From IMG/VR virus record IMGVR_UViG_3300005341_000003: a stretch of DNA of 38,331 bases, one strand, 5' to 3'. This DNA is from a virus. The translations under genes were made by a program, and so were the position numbers. Below are positions 21,496 through 31,368 of this stretch, one piece after another. The first letter of the stretch is position 1. Each line of letters begins with the position of its first letter. The notes under the pieces are model-generated. The model ran no database searches. It was not told the origin of the DNA and saw only the letters and a program-made list of their open reading frames with translations.

Positions 21496-23936
21496 TGCCG
21501 AACCCTGACGGAACGATGACGCCCGAAGAGCGGCAGCGCGCGCTGCTGAGCGCGCAGCAAACGCCGGTCAATCCTGGGTATACGCATCTCGGCGAGGCCG
21601 GCGGCCGGCACGAGACGCAGCTCGGGGTAGACCAGGCTGTGGCGCGCGGCTCCGAATTGGGCGGGAGTCACCAATACGATTACGGCCTCGGCGTTCAGAG
21701 CTCGCTCTTCGGTAACCTCAGCGACGCCGAAGCGCTCGCAAAGCGGCAGGGCGATTTCGGGCTCGGCACGAACAACAACGCTCCGACCGCTGCCATGCTC
21801 GGCAACGCGCAGGCGACGGGGGACAAGTACAGCGGACAGTTCGGCACCGACGCCAGCCGAGCGGGCGACTTGTCGGCAGCCGCGGGCGCGCGCGGGCTCG
21901 GCAGGTTTCAGGGCGACACTGGCGCATACGACGCGGCGACCGCGAACGCGGCGAACGACCGCGCGCTACAGACCGGCGCCTACAACGCGCTGATGAACTT
22001 TTCGAATCAGGGCCCAGGGCCGAGCGCGGCTCAGGCGCAACTGCAGCAGGCAACGAACGCGAACACCGCGAACGCACTCGCGATGGCACGCTCCGGCCGT
22101 GGCATGGGCGGCAGCGCGGCGGCGCTTCGGGGAGCGGTCGCGCAAAATGCCCTCACGCAGCAAGGCGCGAACGCGCAGGCGGCGGAGCTCCGCGCGAACG
22201 AGAATACGGCATTTCAAGCGCAGCGCCTCAGCGCCATGGGCCAAGCAGGGAACGTCGCCGGCCAGGTCGTCACGGGCGACCAGGGGACAGGGCAACTCGG
22301 GCTCGCGGGGGCGCAGTACGCGACGAACACCGCTCTGCAGGGAACGCAGCTCAACGACGCCACCTCGCAGGCATGGGCGCAGCAGCAGATGGCCGGGCAG
22401 CAAGCGGGACTGGGCGCGGAGATGGGCGCTCAGACGCAGCAACTGAACCTCAACGCGACGGCGCTCGCGGGTCGTGAGTCCGAGTGGGCATCGGCGAACC
22501 AGACGCACGGCATCGACACCGGCAACGCGACGCAAGCCGGCATCGCCGACGCGAACCGTCAGCAGGCGTACACCGGCGCGGCCCTCTCCGGGGCGGCCGG
22601 CGTCATCGCCGCGACTTCCGACGAGCGCTACAAAACGAACATCCAGCCGCTGAGCAATCAGGGTCCGGCCCCGCTTCCTAACCAAGCTCCGGCGCAGTCG
22701 ACCGACTCGCTCGGACCGTCGAAGGCAAGTCAGGATTCGGCGGCGCACGCGGCGGAAGGCAGCGCGATCGGCGGCACGGCGGGCAGCGTCGCGGGAGGCG
22801 TGATCGGCTCAGCAGTTGGCGGTCCCGTTGGCGGAGTGCTCGGGAGCATGGCCGGTAACTTCGCCGGCAAGGCGCTCGGCAAACTCGCGTCCGACATTCG
22901 TGCGAAGGACAACATTCAGCCGCTGAGCTACACGCGCGGGGCGCCGCTTGTCGACAGTGACGGCGAGGACCCGCTGATGCACTATGCGCGGCTGCGCGGC
23001 ATCCCGGTGGACTACGACGACGCCGACGAGCCTCAGCAGCCGGCGGCGACGCAGCGGGATCCGCACAACCCGAGCCGCCTCATCTCCTCGTATCAGCCAA
23101 TCTCGGACGCCTCGCGCGGCGCGGGCGGCTCGAAGAGCGCCTACCACGCGCTGCTCTCGATCGCTGACCAGCATGGGCTTTCGACCGCGGCTGACCAGAA
23201 GGACGTAGCGAAGTACGCCAAAATTCCAGCGGACAAGATACCGAAGGCGGACGACGGGACCAATTCGATGACGGGCACTGGGCCTGACGCCAGCAAGGCG
23301 CTCGGCGCCGGTCTGTCGGCGGCCGGACAATCGCTCACGTCGGGGCCGCCGAGCGCGCGCGCATATCAGCGCTTCGCCCGCGACAACTCTCACCCGATTT
23401 TGAGCGAAGGGGACGCGCTGCTGGCCGACTCGGCGCGCAATGCTCCAGGCAGCATCTACCAGTACAAAGACCCGAAGGACGGCGCGGGCACCTACGTCGG
23501 GCCGATGGCGCAGGACCTCGCTGCGCACCCGGTCACGCGCGGCGCGGTCACAGCGGAGCCCGGTACCGGGAAGCTGCAGGTCAACGGCGCGCGACTCGCC
23601 ACGGTGAATACCGCGCAGAATCACGCACAGCAGAACCAGCTCGACGCGCTTGACGCGAAGCTCGCTGAACTAGAAGGCCTGCTCAAAGGCTCGAGCAAGT
23701 ACCCCGAGCCGCAAGAGCCCGGCGCGGAGGCTACATCCGACGAGCGCTACAAGCGCGACACCGTCAAGCTAAGCGCGACCCCGCGCGGCGCGCCGTATCC
23801 GGACTACGCGCCCGCCAAGCAGTCGCCCTATCAGCCGATCGCCGACGCGAGCCGGTACGCCGGGCGCGTCACCTTTCGGCCTACCGGTTCCGACCCATAC
23901 CCGAGCAATCCGCCGTACCAGAGGGCTGCACGCTGA
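21495..23936 (+). CDS. Fibre-like tail protein with a Gln/Ala/Asn-rich N-terminal half and an S74 intramolecular-chaperone-like region
   Basis: SDxRxK cleavage-type motifs lie at 22617..22655, 22890..22928 and 23736..23774. The S74 body-like IYQYKDPKDGAGTYVGPMAQDLAAHPV...LQVNGARLATVNTAQNHAQQNQLDALDAKLAELE lies at about 23454..23690. Confidence 0.6.
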   Translation: MPNPDGTMTPEERQRALLSAQQTPVNPGYTHLGEAGGRHETQLGVDQAVARGSELGGSHQYDYGLGVQSSLFGNLSDAEALAKRQGDFGLGTNNNAPTAAMLGNAQATGDKYSGQFGTDASRAGDLSAAAGARGLGRFQGDTGAYDAATANAANDRALQTGAYNALMNFSNQGPGPSAAQAQLQQATNANTANALAMARSGRGMGGSAAALRGAVAQNALTQQGANAQAAELRANENTAFQAQRLSAMGQAGNVAGQVVTGDQGTGQLGLAGAQYATNTALQGTQLNDATSQAWAQQQMAGQQAGLGAEMGAQTQQLNLNATALAGRESEWASANQTHGIDTGNATQAGIADANRQQAYTGAALSGAAGVIAATSDERYKTNIQPLSNQGPAPLPNQAPAQSTDSLGPSKASQDSAAHAAEGSAIGGTAGSVAGGVIGSAVGGPVGGVLGSMAGNFAGKALGKLASDIRAKDNIQPLSYTRGAPLVDSDGEDPLMHYARLRGIPVDYDDADEPQQPAATQRDPHNPSRLISSYQPISDASRGAGGSKSAYHALLSIADQHGLSTAADQKDVAKYAKIPADKIPKADDGTNSMTGTGPDASKALGAGLSAAGQSLTSGPPSARAYQRFARDNSHPILSEGDALLADSARNAPGSIYQYKDPKDGAGTYVGPMAQDLAAHPVTRGAVTAEPGTGKLQVNGARLATVNTAQNHAQQNQLDALDAKLAELEGLLKGSSKYPEPQEPGAEATSDERYKRDTVKLSATPRGAPYPDYAPAKQSPYQPIADASRYAGRVTFRPTGSDPYPSNPPYQRAAR

Positions 23937-25873
23937 TGGCGAAGGTCATCGATGTGACCGACGTTCCGGAGCTGCCCGGCGCCGGCATGCTCCATTTCGA
24001 CGACGGGCGACCGCCGCTGATGGCGCTGCCGGAGATCGCAGGGCACTACCGCGAACAGCTAGGCCAGTCGGACGATCGGCTCGCGGCGAACGACAAGCCG
24101 CCGGGCGACACCCGCACCGACGCGGGCGGCGGATTCTTCGAGCGGCACCCAACGCTTGGCACCATCGCTCACCTTGCGGCTGGTCCGAACGTGGCGATCG
24201 CGAAGGGTCTATTTGGCCCCGACGCTCCGCCGCCGCCTGCCCCGACCCCCGCGGCGCCCGCCGCAGCGCCCTCCCAGCCTGCGCCGGCACCGCCCGGGGG
24301 AACTCCGCTGCCGCCTGCGCCCGCGCAACCGGAGCCCGCTCCACAGGACACCGTACAGCAAGCGCGTGACGTGGTCGCGCAGCGCGCCGCAGCCGAGCTC
24401 ATCCGCGGCACCACCGGCGGCGGGCCAGCTCGCCCGGCCGGCTACGCGCCGGTATCGCAGCGGACGACGATCGAGGCGGGCCCGGCGTACGACCCGCAAG
24501 CCGCACGCGAACGCCTCGCCGCTGACCAATCGGTGCTTGATGCGCAGCTCGGTCAGCAGGCAACGGCGAAGCAAATCGCCGACGCGCAGGCCGCGAAAGC
24601 CGCCGCCGACCATCTCGCGGCGCAGCAGCAGCTTGCCAAGCAACAGGCGGAGATCCAGCGCAAACAGCAGGCGTATCAGCAGCAAAATCAGCACATGGAG
24701 CGCGAGCTCGCTGACTATTCGCAGTCCGCGCAGCCTGACCCGAATCGGTTCTTTTCTCGGCGCGAGCCGATCGCGAACATCATGAGCGTGATCGGCCAGG
24801 CGCTCGGCGCGGCCGGCGCGAGCCTCGGGCACTCGCAGAACTTCGCCTTCGAGTATGTGCAGCAGCAGATCCGAAACGATATAGCGGCGCAGCAGCAGGC
24901 GTACGAGGCCGGGCGCGCAGACCGAAACAACGCTCTCGCGCGATTCGCCAACTACTACCACGGCGATATCGATATGGCGAAAGCCGGGCTCCAGCAGGCC
25001 ATGAACAAGGTCGCTGAAACCGAGGTGAGCCAATTCGCCGCGCAGGCGCAGAGCCGGACGATTTCGGCGAACGCCGCCGCACTGGCCGCGCAATTCCAGA
25101 AGGACTCGCTCATGCGCGAGCAGCAAAAGGCGGAGCTCGCGCTCGGCAAGACAACGACGGCGACCGAGGACAAGTTTCACCAGGCGGAGGGCGGCGGACC
25201 GCGCCCGCTCACGCCGGCCGAGACCGAGGCTCGACTCAAGCTGCTCCCGAAGGCCGGTAAGGACCAAGGCGCACTCGGTCTCACGCCGCAAGCGCTCGCG
25301 CGCCAGAAGGCGACCTACGGCACAAAGAAAGAGCAGATTGCGCGCCTCTATTCAGCTCTCGAAGAGGAAGCGAAGCTGCAGGGTGTCGCTATCGACAAGG
25401 CGACCGGGACCGTCATCGACCCGAAGACGGGGCGCCCGGCTACCGAGCTGCCGCAGTCCCCGGGCATCGGTTACGTCGCTGGGCACCTGCCCGACTCTCT
25501 TGCCGGCGAAGAAGGGCGCGCGCTGCGGCGCGCTCGAGCGAACAGCGCTCGCCTCCACGCGCAGACGATTTACGACAAGTCGATCACTGCCGAGGAGGCC
25601 GAGCACGAGATACCCACCGTCATGGGCAAGACGCCCGGCGACGCGCTTCGCAGCCTGAAGCAGCGCTTGCACGAGCTCTCGCAATACGACTACCAGCTCG
25701 ACTCGACGGCGGCGACCATCGACCCGCGGATGGTGAACGAGCGCACACGCGCGCAGAAAGACGTGAACGCTTCGCGCGCTACCGGGGAACCCCTGGAAGG
25801 CCCGCGTCCGACGCCATCGGAGAACATCGTCGGCGCACCCGAGCCCGACACTGACACCGGCGGTGGCCCATGA
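23936..25873 (+). CDS. Internal virion / ejection protein (putative), with Pro-rich and coiled-coil regions
   Basis: 645 aa. It has a PPPPAPTPAAPAAAPSQPAPAPPGGTPLPPAPAQPEPAP tract and long Gln/Ala heptad-like regions. It is TGATG-coupled. Confidence 0.55.
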   Translation: MAKVIDVTDVPELPGAGMLHFDDGRPPLMALPEIAGHYREQLGQSDDRLAANDKPPGDTRTDAGGGFFERHPTLGTIAHLAAGPNVAIAKGLFGPDAPPPPAPTPAAPAAAPSQPAPAPPGGTPLPPAPAQPEPAPQDTVQQARDVVAQRAAAELIRGTTGGGPARPAGYAPVSQRTTIEAGPAYDPQAARERLAADQSVLDAQLGQQATAKQIADAQAAKAAADHLAAQQQLAKQQAEIQRKQQAYQQQNQHMERELADYSQSAQPDPNRFFSRREPIANIMSVIGQALGAAGASLGHSQNFAFEYVQQQIRNDIAAQQQAYEAGRADRNNALARFANYYHGDIDMAKAGLQQAMNKVAETEVSQFAAQAQSRTISANAAALAAQFQKDSLMREQQKAELALGKTTTATEDKFHQAEGGGPRPLTPAETEARLKLLPKAGKDQGALGLTPQALARQKATYGTKKEQIARLYSALEEEAKLQGVAIDKATGTVIDPKTGRPATELPQSPGIGYVAGHLPDSLAGEEGRALRRARANSARLHAQTIYDKSITAEEAEHEIPTVMGKTPGDALRSLKQRLHELSQYDYQLDSTAATIDPRMVNERTRAQKDVNASRATGEPLEGPRPTPSENIVGAPEPDTDTGGGP

Positions 25874-28443
25874 GCGGCGCCGCGAAAGCCTACGTCCAGA
25901 CGCGGGACGGCGATGTCATCGAGGTCCCGAAGGACGAGGTCCGCGCGAAGCTCGAGAGCGGCGATTATCTGCCCGCGACCGCGGCCGACAAGGCAGCAGC
26001 CGACAAGCTCGCTGCCAATTCTACCCTCAAAGCCAAGGCGAAAACCTTTGGCGAGTCCGCGGCGGCCGGGGCCATCGACGCCGCTCAGGCCCCGCTCGCG
26101 CTCCCGCTGCGCGCGAACGCGGCGCTTTGGGGCGACGAGGATCCGCTCAAAAACATCGGCGGCCGGCAGACCGTCGAGAATCTAGCTGGCATATTCGGCG
26201 ACGCGCGCGAAGGCGCGACCGGCAAGACCGGCGAAGCCTACGCCCGCGAGTATGGCGAGAACGCGCGGGCGCGCGCAGAGGCGAACCCGGGAACGGCCAC
26301 GGCGGGCAACGTTGCGGGCTCAATAATCGGCGGTGGCGCGCTTTCGGGGGGAGCCGGGGCAATCGGCGGGACCGCGGCCAAAGCGCTCGGAGGCGGCGTT
26401 GCGGCGCGGGCGGCGGGGGCATTCGCGGGCGGGGCGCTCGAGGGGGCCGCGTACGGGCAGGCGCAGGCTGGCGAGGAGGCGTATCTCCACAACATCCCGC
26501 TCTCTGGTGAAAAGCTCATCGCCGCCATGGGATGGGGCGCGCTACTCGGCGGCGGCGTTTCGCTAGCCACGCACGGCGCGGGCGCGCTGCTGCGGAGCGG
26601 TTCGCGCGGGGCGACTCCGCTCGATTCGCCGCGGCTGCCAGACAACGGGCTGGGCGCTGCCGAGGGGGCCGGCGCACCGCTCGACGCTGCCGACGGGCCA
26701 GCTGTTGCGGCAGAGACGGAGCCCGGCGCGTTCTCGAGCGCAGTCCGCGATTTCGCCGACGAGCGCACGGCCAAGGCGCTGGGTGCGCGCGGCTCGACCC
26801 TGAAGAAGCTCGGCCGCACGGCGGATGCCGCCGAATCGACCATGCACGACATGGCGCAGACGGTTCGCGGCGTGACGCTCGACGACGGTACCCCTGTTTT
26901 TCGCGCTCTCGATTCCCAGTCCGACCTTGCTGAGCGCGTGGCGCAGGCCAAGCAGGAAACTGGCGCAAAGCTCGGCGCGTTCCGCGAAGAGGCCGACAAG
27001 ATTTTCGAGGCTCACCCCGAGATCGCGCCGGACGCTCAAGCGATTGCCGAGCGCATCCAGAAGCAAGTGGTGGAGCCGCTCGAGACGCACCCGAGCTCGG
27101 TTGCGCGCGCGCAGGCTGGGCCGATTCGGCAAGTGGCGAACGACCTCCGCGAGCTCGCCTCGCCGGCGATCGGCGGCAGCGAGCCGTTCCCGACCAAGGT
27201 GTCGGACCTGACGAAGTTGCGGCAGTCGCTCGACGAGCAGATCTACCAAGCCAAACGCGGGGTGAACCTCTCGCAGCAGGGCGCGCCGCCAAACCTGAAG
27301 GACCTGGAGCAGGCGCGCGGTATCCTCGAGGAGTCGATTGAGGCCGCGCAGGACAAGGCCGCGACGTTCTTCGACAAGAAGGCGGCGCTTTCCTACAAAG
27401 AGCTGAAAACCCAATACCGCCACCTCTCGCTCGCTTCCGACATTGCGGGCGCGGCCGAACTGCAAAACCTAGGCAACCGCGTCGTGTCCCCGAGCGATTA
27501 CGGCGCGAGCGCGATCGGCGGGATCCTCGGCGGCGGCCCCGTTGGCGCACTCGCTTCGGGCATCGCTCACAAGGCGGCCCGGGAGCACTCGAGCGCGGTG
27601 CTCGCGGTGCTGGCCGACAAGCTCGCCAACAACCTCGACGGCAAGCTCGAATCCGGCCTCGGCGCATTCTTCCGCGAGTCAACGGCGCGCGCTTCGGTTG
27701 GCTTGGACCAGGCGGGGAAGCTTTCCGGAGCGGTACCGATTCGGCGCATCGCGACGCCGGCCGCCGTCGAGGCGTTCATGGGTCGGTCGAAAGACCTCGC
27801 TGCGGCCTACGACAAGCGCGTAGCCGAGCTTTCGAACGCGAACCGGGACATGGGAGCCGGTGTGCGCGCGCACATGCAAACAGCGATGGGGAGCGCCTAC
27901 GAGTCGATGCCGCGCCTGACGCAGGCGGCAACCGTCACGGCGACGCGCGGCGCGCAGTACCTGCAGACGCAGCTGCCGAGCGGGACGAACGCGCCGACCA
28001 TGTTCCAGCCGACGCGCAAGATTTCGCCGAGTGATTTGCAGATCCGCGAGTTCGCACAGAAGTGGGCGGCGGTTGCGAACCCGCTGAGCGTAGTCGATGA
28101 CCTGCGCCGCGGCACGGTCACGCACGCGCAAATCGATGCGATCAAAAACGTATACCCGCAGATGTACGCGGAGATTCAGACCAAGGCGCTCGAAAAGATC
28201 CGCGACCTAGACGCCAAGGGCAAGCGCATGCCCTTCAATGACCGGCTGCAGCTTGACCTATTCCTCGACCTGAACGGCGCTGGCGAACCGACGTTGGCCG
28301 GCGAATTCGTCGATCGCGTCACTGCAACCATGGCGGCGAAGCAACAGCAAGAGGCGCAGCAGAAGCCGCACGGATCCGGCGCGGCCCTCGGCAAGATTTC
28401 GGCATCCCGCCAAGCGGGTTCGGCGACAGTTCTAGGAGAATGA
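25870..28443 (+). CDS. Internal virion / ejection protein (putative) with Gly/Ala-rich hydrophobic segments
   Basis: 857 aa. AGNVAGSIIGGGALSGGAGAIGGTAAKALGGGVAARAAGAFAGGAL and LIAAMGWGALLGGGVSLA are membrane-insertion-like. It is ATGA-coupled. Confidence 0.55.
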   Translation: MSGAAKAYVQTRDGDVIEVPKDEVRAKLESGDYLPATAADKAAADKLAANSTLKAKAKTFGESAAAGAIDAAQAPLALPLRANAALWGDEDPLKNIGGRQTVENLAGIFGDAREGATGKTGEAYAREYGENARARAEANPGTATAGNVAGSIIGGGALSGGAGAIGGTAAKALGGGVAARAAGAFAGGALEGAAYGQAQAGEEAYLHNIPLSGEKLIAAMGWGALLGGGVSLATHGAGALLRSGSRGATPLDSPRLPDNGLGAAEGAGAPLDAADGPAVAAETEPGAFSSAVRDFADERTAKALGARGSTLKKLGRTADAAESTMHDMAQTVRGVTLDDGTPVFRALDSQSDLAERVAQAKQETGAKLGAFREEADKIFEAHPEIAPDAQAIAERIQKQVVEPLETHPSSVARAQAGPIRQVANDLRELASPAIGGSEPFPTKVSDLTKLRQSLDEQIYQAKRGVNLSQQGAPPNLKDLEQARGILEESIEAAQDKAATFFDKKAALSYKELKTQYRHLSLASDIAGAAELQNLGNRVVSPSDYGASAIGGILGGGPVGALASGIAHKAAREHSSAVLAVLADKLANNLDGKLESGLGAFFRESTARASVGLDQAGKLSGAVPIRRIATPAAVEAFMGRSKDLAAAYDKRVAELSNANRDMGAGVRAHMQTAMGSAYESMPRLTQAATVTATRGAQYLQTQLPSGTNAPTMFQPTRKISPSDLQIREFAQKWAAVANPLSVVDDLRRGTVTHAQIDAIKNVYPQMYAEIQTKALEKIRDLDAKGKRMPFNDRLQLDLFLDLNGAGEPTLAGEFVDRVTATMAAKQQQEAQQKPHGSGAALGKISASRQAGSATVLGE

Positions 28444-28446
28444 AAG

Positions 28447-28752
28447 ATGCTCAAGGTTACCAATACTGAATCGTCTGATTCGCAGCGGGTCGCATGGACA
28501 ACGACGCCAGCTGACTACGATATCGGAGCGAACGACCCGATCAAAGGCGCGCAGCCTGGTCTCGCCATGCCGAGCGAGGGGCGCCCGTGTAGACGCATTA
28601 TGGTATTCGGCGCGGGCGCGCTCGCCTATAACGGCCTGGATGGCGTGCAGGTTACGACGCCTTCGTTACCAGCCGGCACGGTGCTGGACATCCAAGCCAT
28701 CAAGCTACTGGCTTCGGGCAGCACCGCAACAAACGTGATGGTGTTTTGGTGA
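28447..28752 (+). CDS. Hypothetical virion protein (101 aa)
   Basis: ORF within the tail operon. Its stop overlaps the next GTG. Confidence 0.5.
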   Translation: MLKVTNTESSDSQRVAWTTTPADYDIGANDPIKGAQPGLAMPSEGRPCRRIMVFGAGALAYNGLDGVQVTTPSLPAGTVLDIQAIKLLASGSTATNVMVFW

Positions 28753-29858
28753 TTCATCTGCCGACACCCGAAGAGGTGCGGCGGATCCGGCCGTACAATG
28801 CCCCTCGCTCCATTCGTTCGCGCCGACCGGAACATCGGCGCGCGATGTACATTGGTGGCGGCGGGGTGCGCATTCCGGGCGAGGCGTTCGCGGTCGCCGC
28901 CGGCTCCGCATTCTCTGGCAACTTCGCCACGCTTTTCCCCGGCGCCTATCAGGTCGCGCAGACCGACCTCGGGCTCACGTACGGCGGCACGCTACTGGCC
29001 GCAGTGGGCAACGCGGGCACCACCGTTGTGACGCTTACCGGCTCGCTGTCGAGCGTCCCAGTGCCGGTTTGGGCCGTCGGCACCAATTCTGCGGCCATAG
29101 GCAGCGGCGCTAACTACAACATTTACTATGACGGCATCGGCACCACGGTGGCGATGAACGTCACTCCTGCGTCGGCTGGGGTAGCGGTTCCGTTGACCGG
29201 CGCCGGGACTGGGCTCTCGCTAACGTGGAGCGCGGGAACGTGCGCGCCCGGTGACCTATATCGAGCTACTTGCTCGGCGCTAGGCGATCAGTCTGGCAAC
29301 GGCCTCGGGTATTCGCAGGCAACGGCCAGCAAACAGCCGATCGTTGGCCCCGGGCTCAACGGCAGGGTCTCGCTAATCCATAGTGGTAGCTCGCTCGTCT
29401 CTCTACTCAACCTGCCGGTACCAGGAACAACGCCGTACTACACGGCCGCCGTGTTCAGGCAGCTGAGCTGGGGCTCGAGCCTCACGATGTGGGGGCGCAC
29501 ATCCGGGCTCGGGGAGACTGTGTTCCAGAGCACGGGCGGCCCAAGCCCGAACCTCACCAGCTATTCGGGCACCGGAATCACCGGCAACACAGGCGCGCCG
29601 CTCGGAACCTGGGTGGACGCCGAGATCAAGCGCAGCAACGCCGCAGGCGACACGCACAAGTTCGGCGCAACCACCGTGACGGGCAGCTCGGGCAACAACG
29701 CGACCACCGGGATGGAGATCGGCTCAGCTACCGGAACGAGCTTCGGCAACATCGAGCTCCTGCTGCTCGTGCACACGCCGAACCTACCTGACTGGGTCGC
29801 GTTCCGCGCGGCGGTGAACAGCGCGGCCGGCTACGGCGTTGGGGCGGTGTTGCTATGA
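28746..29858 (+). CDS. Putative receptor-binding / tail fibre protein with a LamG (concanavalin-like) type C-terminal half
   Basis: The composition is Gly/Thr/Ser-rich and beta-like. SKQPIVGPGLNGRVSLIHSGSS...GNIELLLLV resembles LamG-jellyroll phage proteins. An alternative start is ATG 28845. Confidence 0.45.
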   Translation: MVIHLPTPEEVRRIRPYNAPRSIRSRRPEHRRAMYIGGGGVRIPGEAFAVAAGSAFSGNFATLFPGAYQVAQTDLGLTYGGTLLAAVGNAGTTVVTLTGSLSSVPVPVWAVGTNSAAIGSGANYNIYYDGIGTTVAMNVTPASAGVAVPLTGAGTGLSLTWSAGTCAPGDLYRATCSALGDQSGNGLGYSQATASKQPIVGPGLNGRVSLIHSGSSLVSLLNLPVPGTTPYYTAAVFRQLSWGSSLTMWGRTSGLGETVFQSTGGPSPNLTSYSGTGITGNTGAPLGTWVDAEIKRSNAAGDTHKFGATTVTGSSGNNATTGMEIGSATGTSFGNIELLLLVHTPNLPDWVAFRAAVNSAAGYGVGAVLL

Positions 29859-30175
29859 CCAAGAGCGTAACGAGCGCCGTGCAGGGCGATGCTGACGTGT
29901 GCAACGCGCTTTCGCCGCCGACGAAGGGGTGCCACGCGGGTGGCGGAATACATATTGTGATCCCCGCGGACTGGCAGACGCGCATCGCTGCCGGGCAAGA
30001 GGTGCCGGGGTGCTCGTATGCTCACCTCGAGCCGGACGGATCGCTGTCCGTCGACGCAACCGTGAACGCGAAGATTGCCGTGCCCGCGAATGTCAACGCG
30101 CTCAGCCCGACGCTACAGACCGAGGCTGCAGCGCTTCAGACGAAGCTAGCAACGGTAGTCATTATTTCGTCCTGA
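29855..30175 (+). CDS. Hypothetical protein (106 aa), last gene of the tail operon
   Basis: ATGA coupling with the upstream gene. Confidence 0.5.
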   Translation: MTKSVTSAVQGDADVCNALSPPTKGCHAGGGIHIVIPADWQTRIAAGQEVPGCSYAHLEPDGSLSVDATVNAKIAVPANVNALSPTLQTEAAALQTKLATVVIISS

Positions 30176-30187
30176 AAGGAAACCACA

Positions 30188-30361
30188 GTGATCGAAACCA
30201 TCAAGCAAATCGCACAAGACGGCGCGGCGTTACTCGGCGCGGTGTCGCTGCTCAGCACGGCGCTTTCGCACTTGCCGCTGCCCGCTCGCGTCTCCGAGTT
30301 CTTCGCGCGCGTCGGGCTCGCCACGGCGAAGTTCAGCGTAAACAAGAGGGAAACGCCGTGA
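30188..30361 (+). CDS. Small hydrophobic protein (57 aa), holin candidate
   Basis: GTG 30188 has AAAGGA 8 nt upstream. Peptide VIETIKQIAQDGAALLGAVSLLSTALSHLPLP... has one hydrophobic segment. Its stop overlaps the next GTG (GTGA). It is below the ORF-track cutoff. Confidence 0.4.
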   Translation: MIETIKQIAQDGAALLGAVSLLSTALSHLPLPARVSEFFARVGLATAKFSVNKRETP

Positions 30362-30567
30362 GGCGCCATGTCCTCCGCGCCTTGGTACTGGCGGGCTGCC
30401 TTGGCGGTCTGGCTCATTGCGGCGGCGCGGTCCCAACGCGCGCGAGCATCGAGGCGGACGAAGACAAGTTCTGCCGAGCGGTAGCGCGGGCGCGCGTGCT
30501 CGAGAGCGAATACGGGCTCAACCCGGTCGCGCCGGCTCCCGACGGCGGCGAAGCGGGCAGCAAATAA
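30358..30567 (+). CDS. Small lipoprotein (69 aa), outer-membrane spanin (o-spanin) candidate
   Basis: VRRHVLRALVLAGCLGG carries a canonical LAGC lipobox. The mature part is short, has extra Cys residues and a Pro-rich end (NPVAPAPDGG). It lies in the lysis cassette. Confidence 0.6.
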   Translation: MRRHVLRALVLAGCLGGLAHCGGAVPTRASIEADEDKFCRAVARARVLESEYGLNPVAPAPDGGEAGSK

Positions 30568-30711
30568 GCCAAAGGCGCCCGGACCATCCAGACGCCTCTA
30601 GCCGCTATTGTTCAGCGAAACGCGATCCGGAATGCGCTTTACACCATGAGGCTCAAAGACCTTTACGGACGCTACTCCTGTCCTCCGAATCGCGATTCAA
30701 AGGTAAACGCA

Positions 30712-31368
30712 ATGCCCGACAACATCAAGCCCGAACCCGCACTCTACCTCTGGCAAGACGCCGCGGTGGCGCTGGTTGAATACGCATGCGGCTGGTCTGC
30801 CGGGCGCAGCAAAGATGACCCCGTGTACCTCGCCGTCGTCGAGCGTCGCGATGTGCCGCCGTGGCGCGCGCACTACTCGAGCTGCGGCGACCTCGCGCAT
30901 TGGCTGCTCGAGCGCCTTGGCCTCGATGAGCCCTGGGTGAACCGTGCGAGCCTCGGGCATTATCGCATCGGCGCGAACGTCGCTTCCCTCGCCAGCTGCC
31001 CCATTCATTCGCTGCCGGGCGGCGCGGACTGGCAGCCGGAACCCGGTGACATCATCGAAATCTGGAACGCGGCCACCGGCTCCGACGCGCACGTCTGCGT
31101 GGCGCTCGACGGCTCGCTACCCGGCCGACTGCGCACCGGCAACTACGGCGCAGGCGGCATGTCGGCGGCGGCGACGCCGGGCGCCAAGGTCGCGGACAGC
31201 CCGCTCGTGCACACGCCGACCGGGTGGATACTCGGCTCGCGGCACGTGCAGCGCGTCGTGCGGCTTGCCGACGCTATACGCCTCGCCAGGAAGCCGCCGG
31301 ACCTGACCGGCGCCGAGGTCACGGGCGAACTCATCGACGCATTAGGAGCCAAATGGAGCGATTCATGA
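30712..31368 (+). CDS. Putative endolysin, papain-like Cys peptidase (CHAP/NlpC-P60-like)
   Basis: Cys context AHYSSCGDLAHWLLERLG and His context PEPGDIIEIWNAATGSDAHVCVAL fit a Cys-His peptidase. ATG 30712 has AAAGG upstream, and the gene sits among membrane proteins. Confidence 0.5.
   Translation: MPDNIKPEPALYLWQDAAVALVEYACGWSAGRSKDDPVYLAVVERRDVPPWRAHYSSCGDLAHWLLERLGLDEPWVNRASLGHYRIGANVASLASCPIHSLPGGADWQPEPGDIIEIWNAATGSDAHVCVALDGSLPGRLRTGNYGAGGMSAAATPGAKVADSPLVHTPTGWILGSRHVQRVVRLADAIRLARKPPDLTGAEVTGELIDALGAKWSDS

Noticed and set aside
21495-29858. Diversity-generating retroelement targeting the tail fibre / LamG-like protein
   Set aside because: No reverse-transcriptase ORF was seen anywhere in the window, and no template/variable repeat pair. 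The repeats within 21495..23936 are protein-motif duplications.
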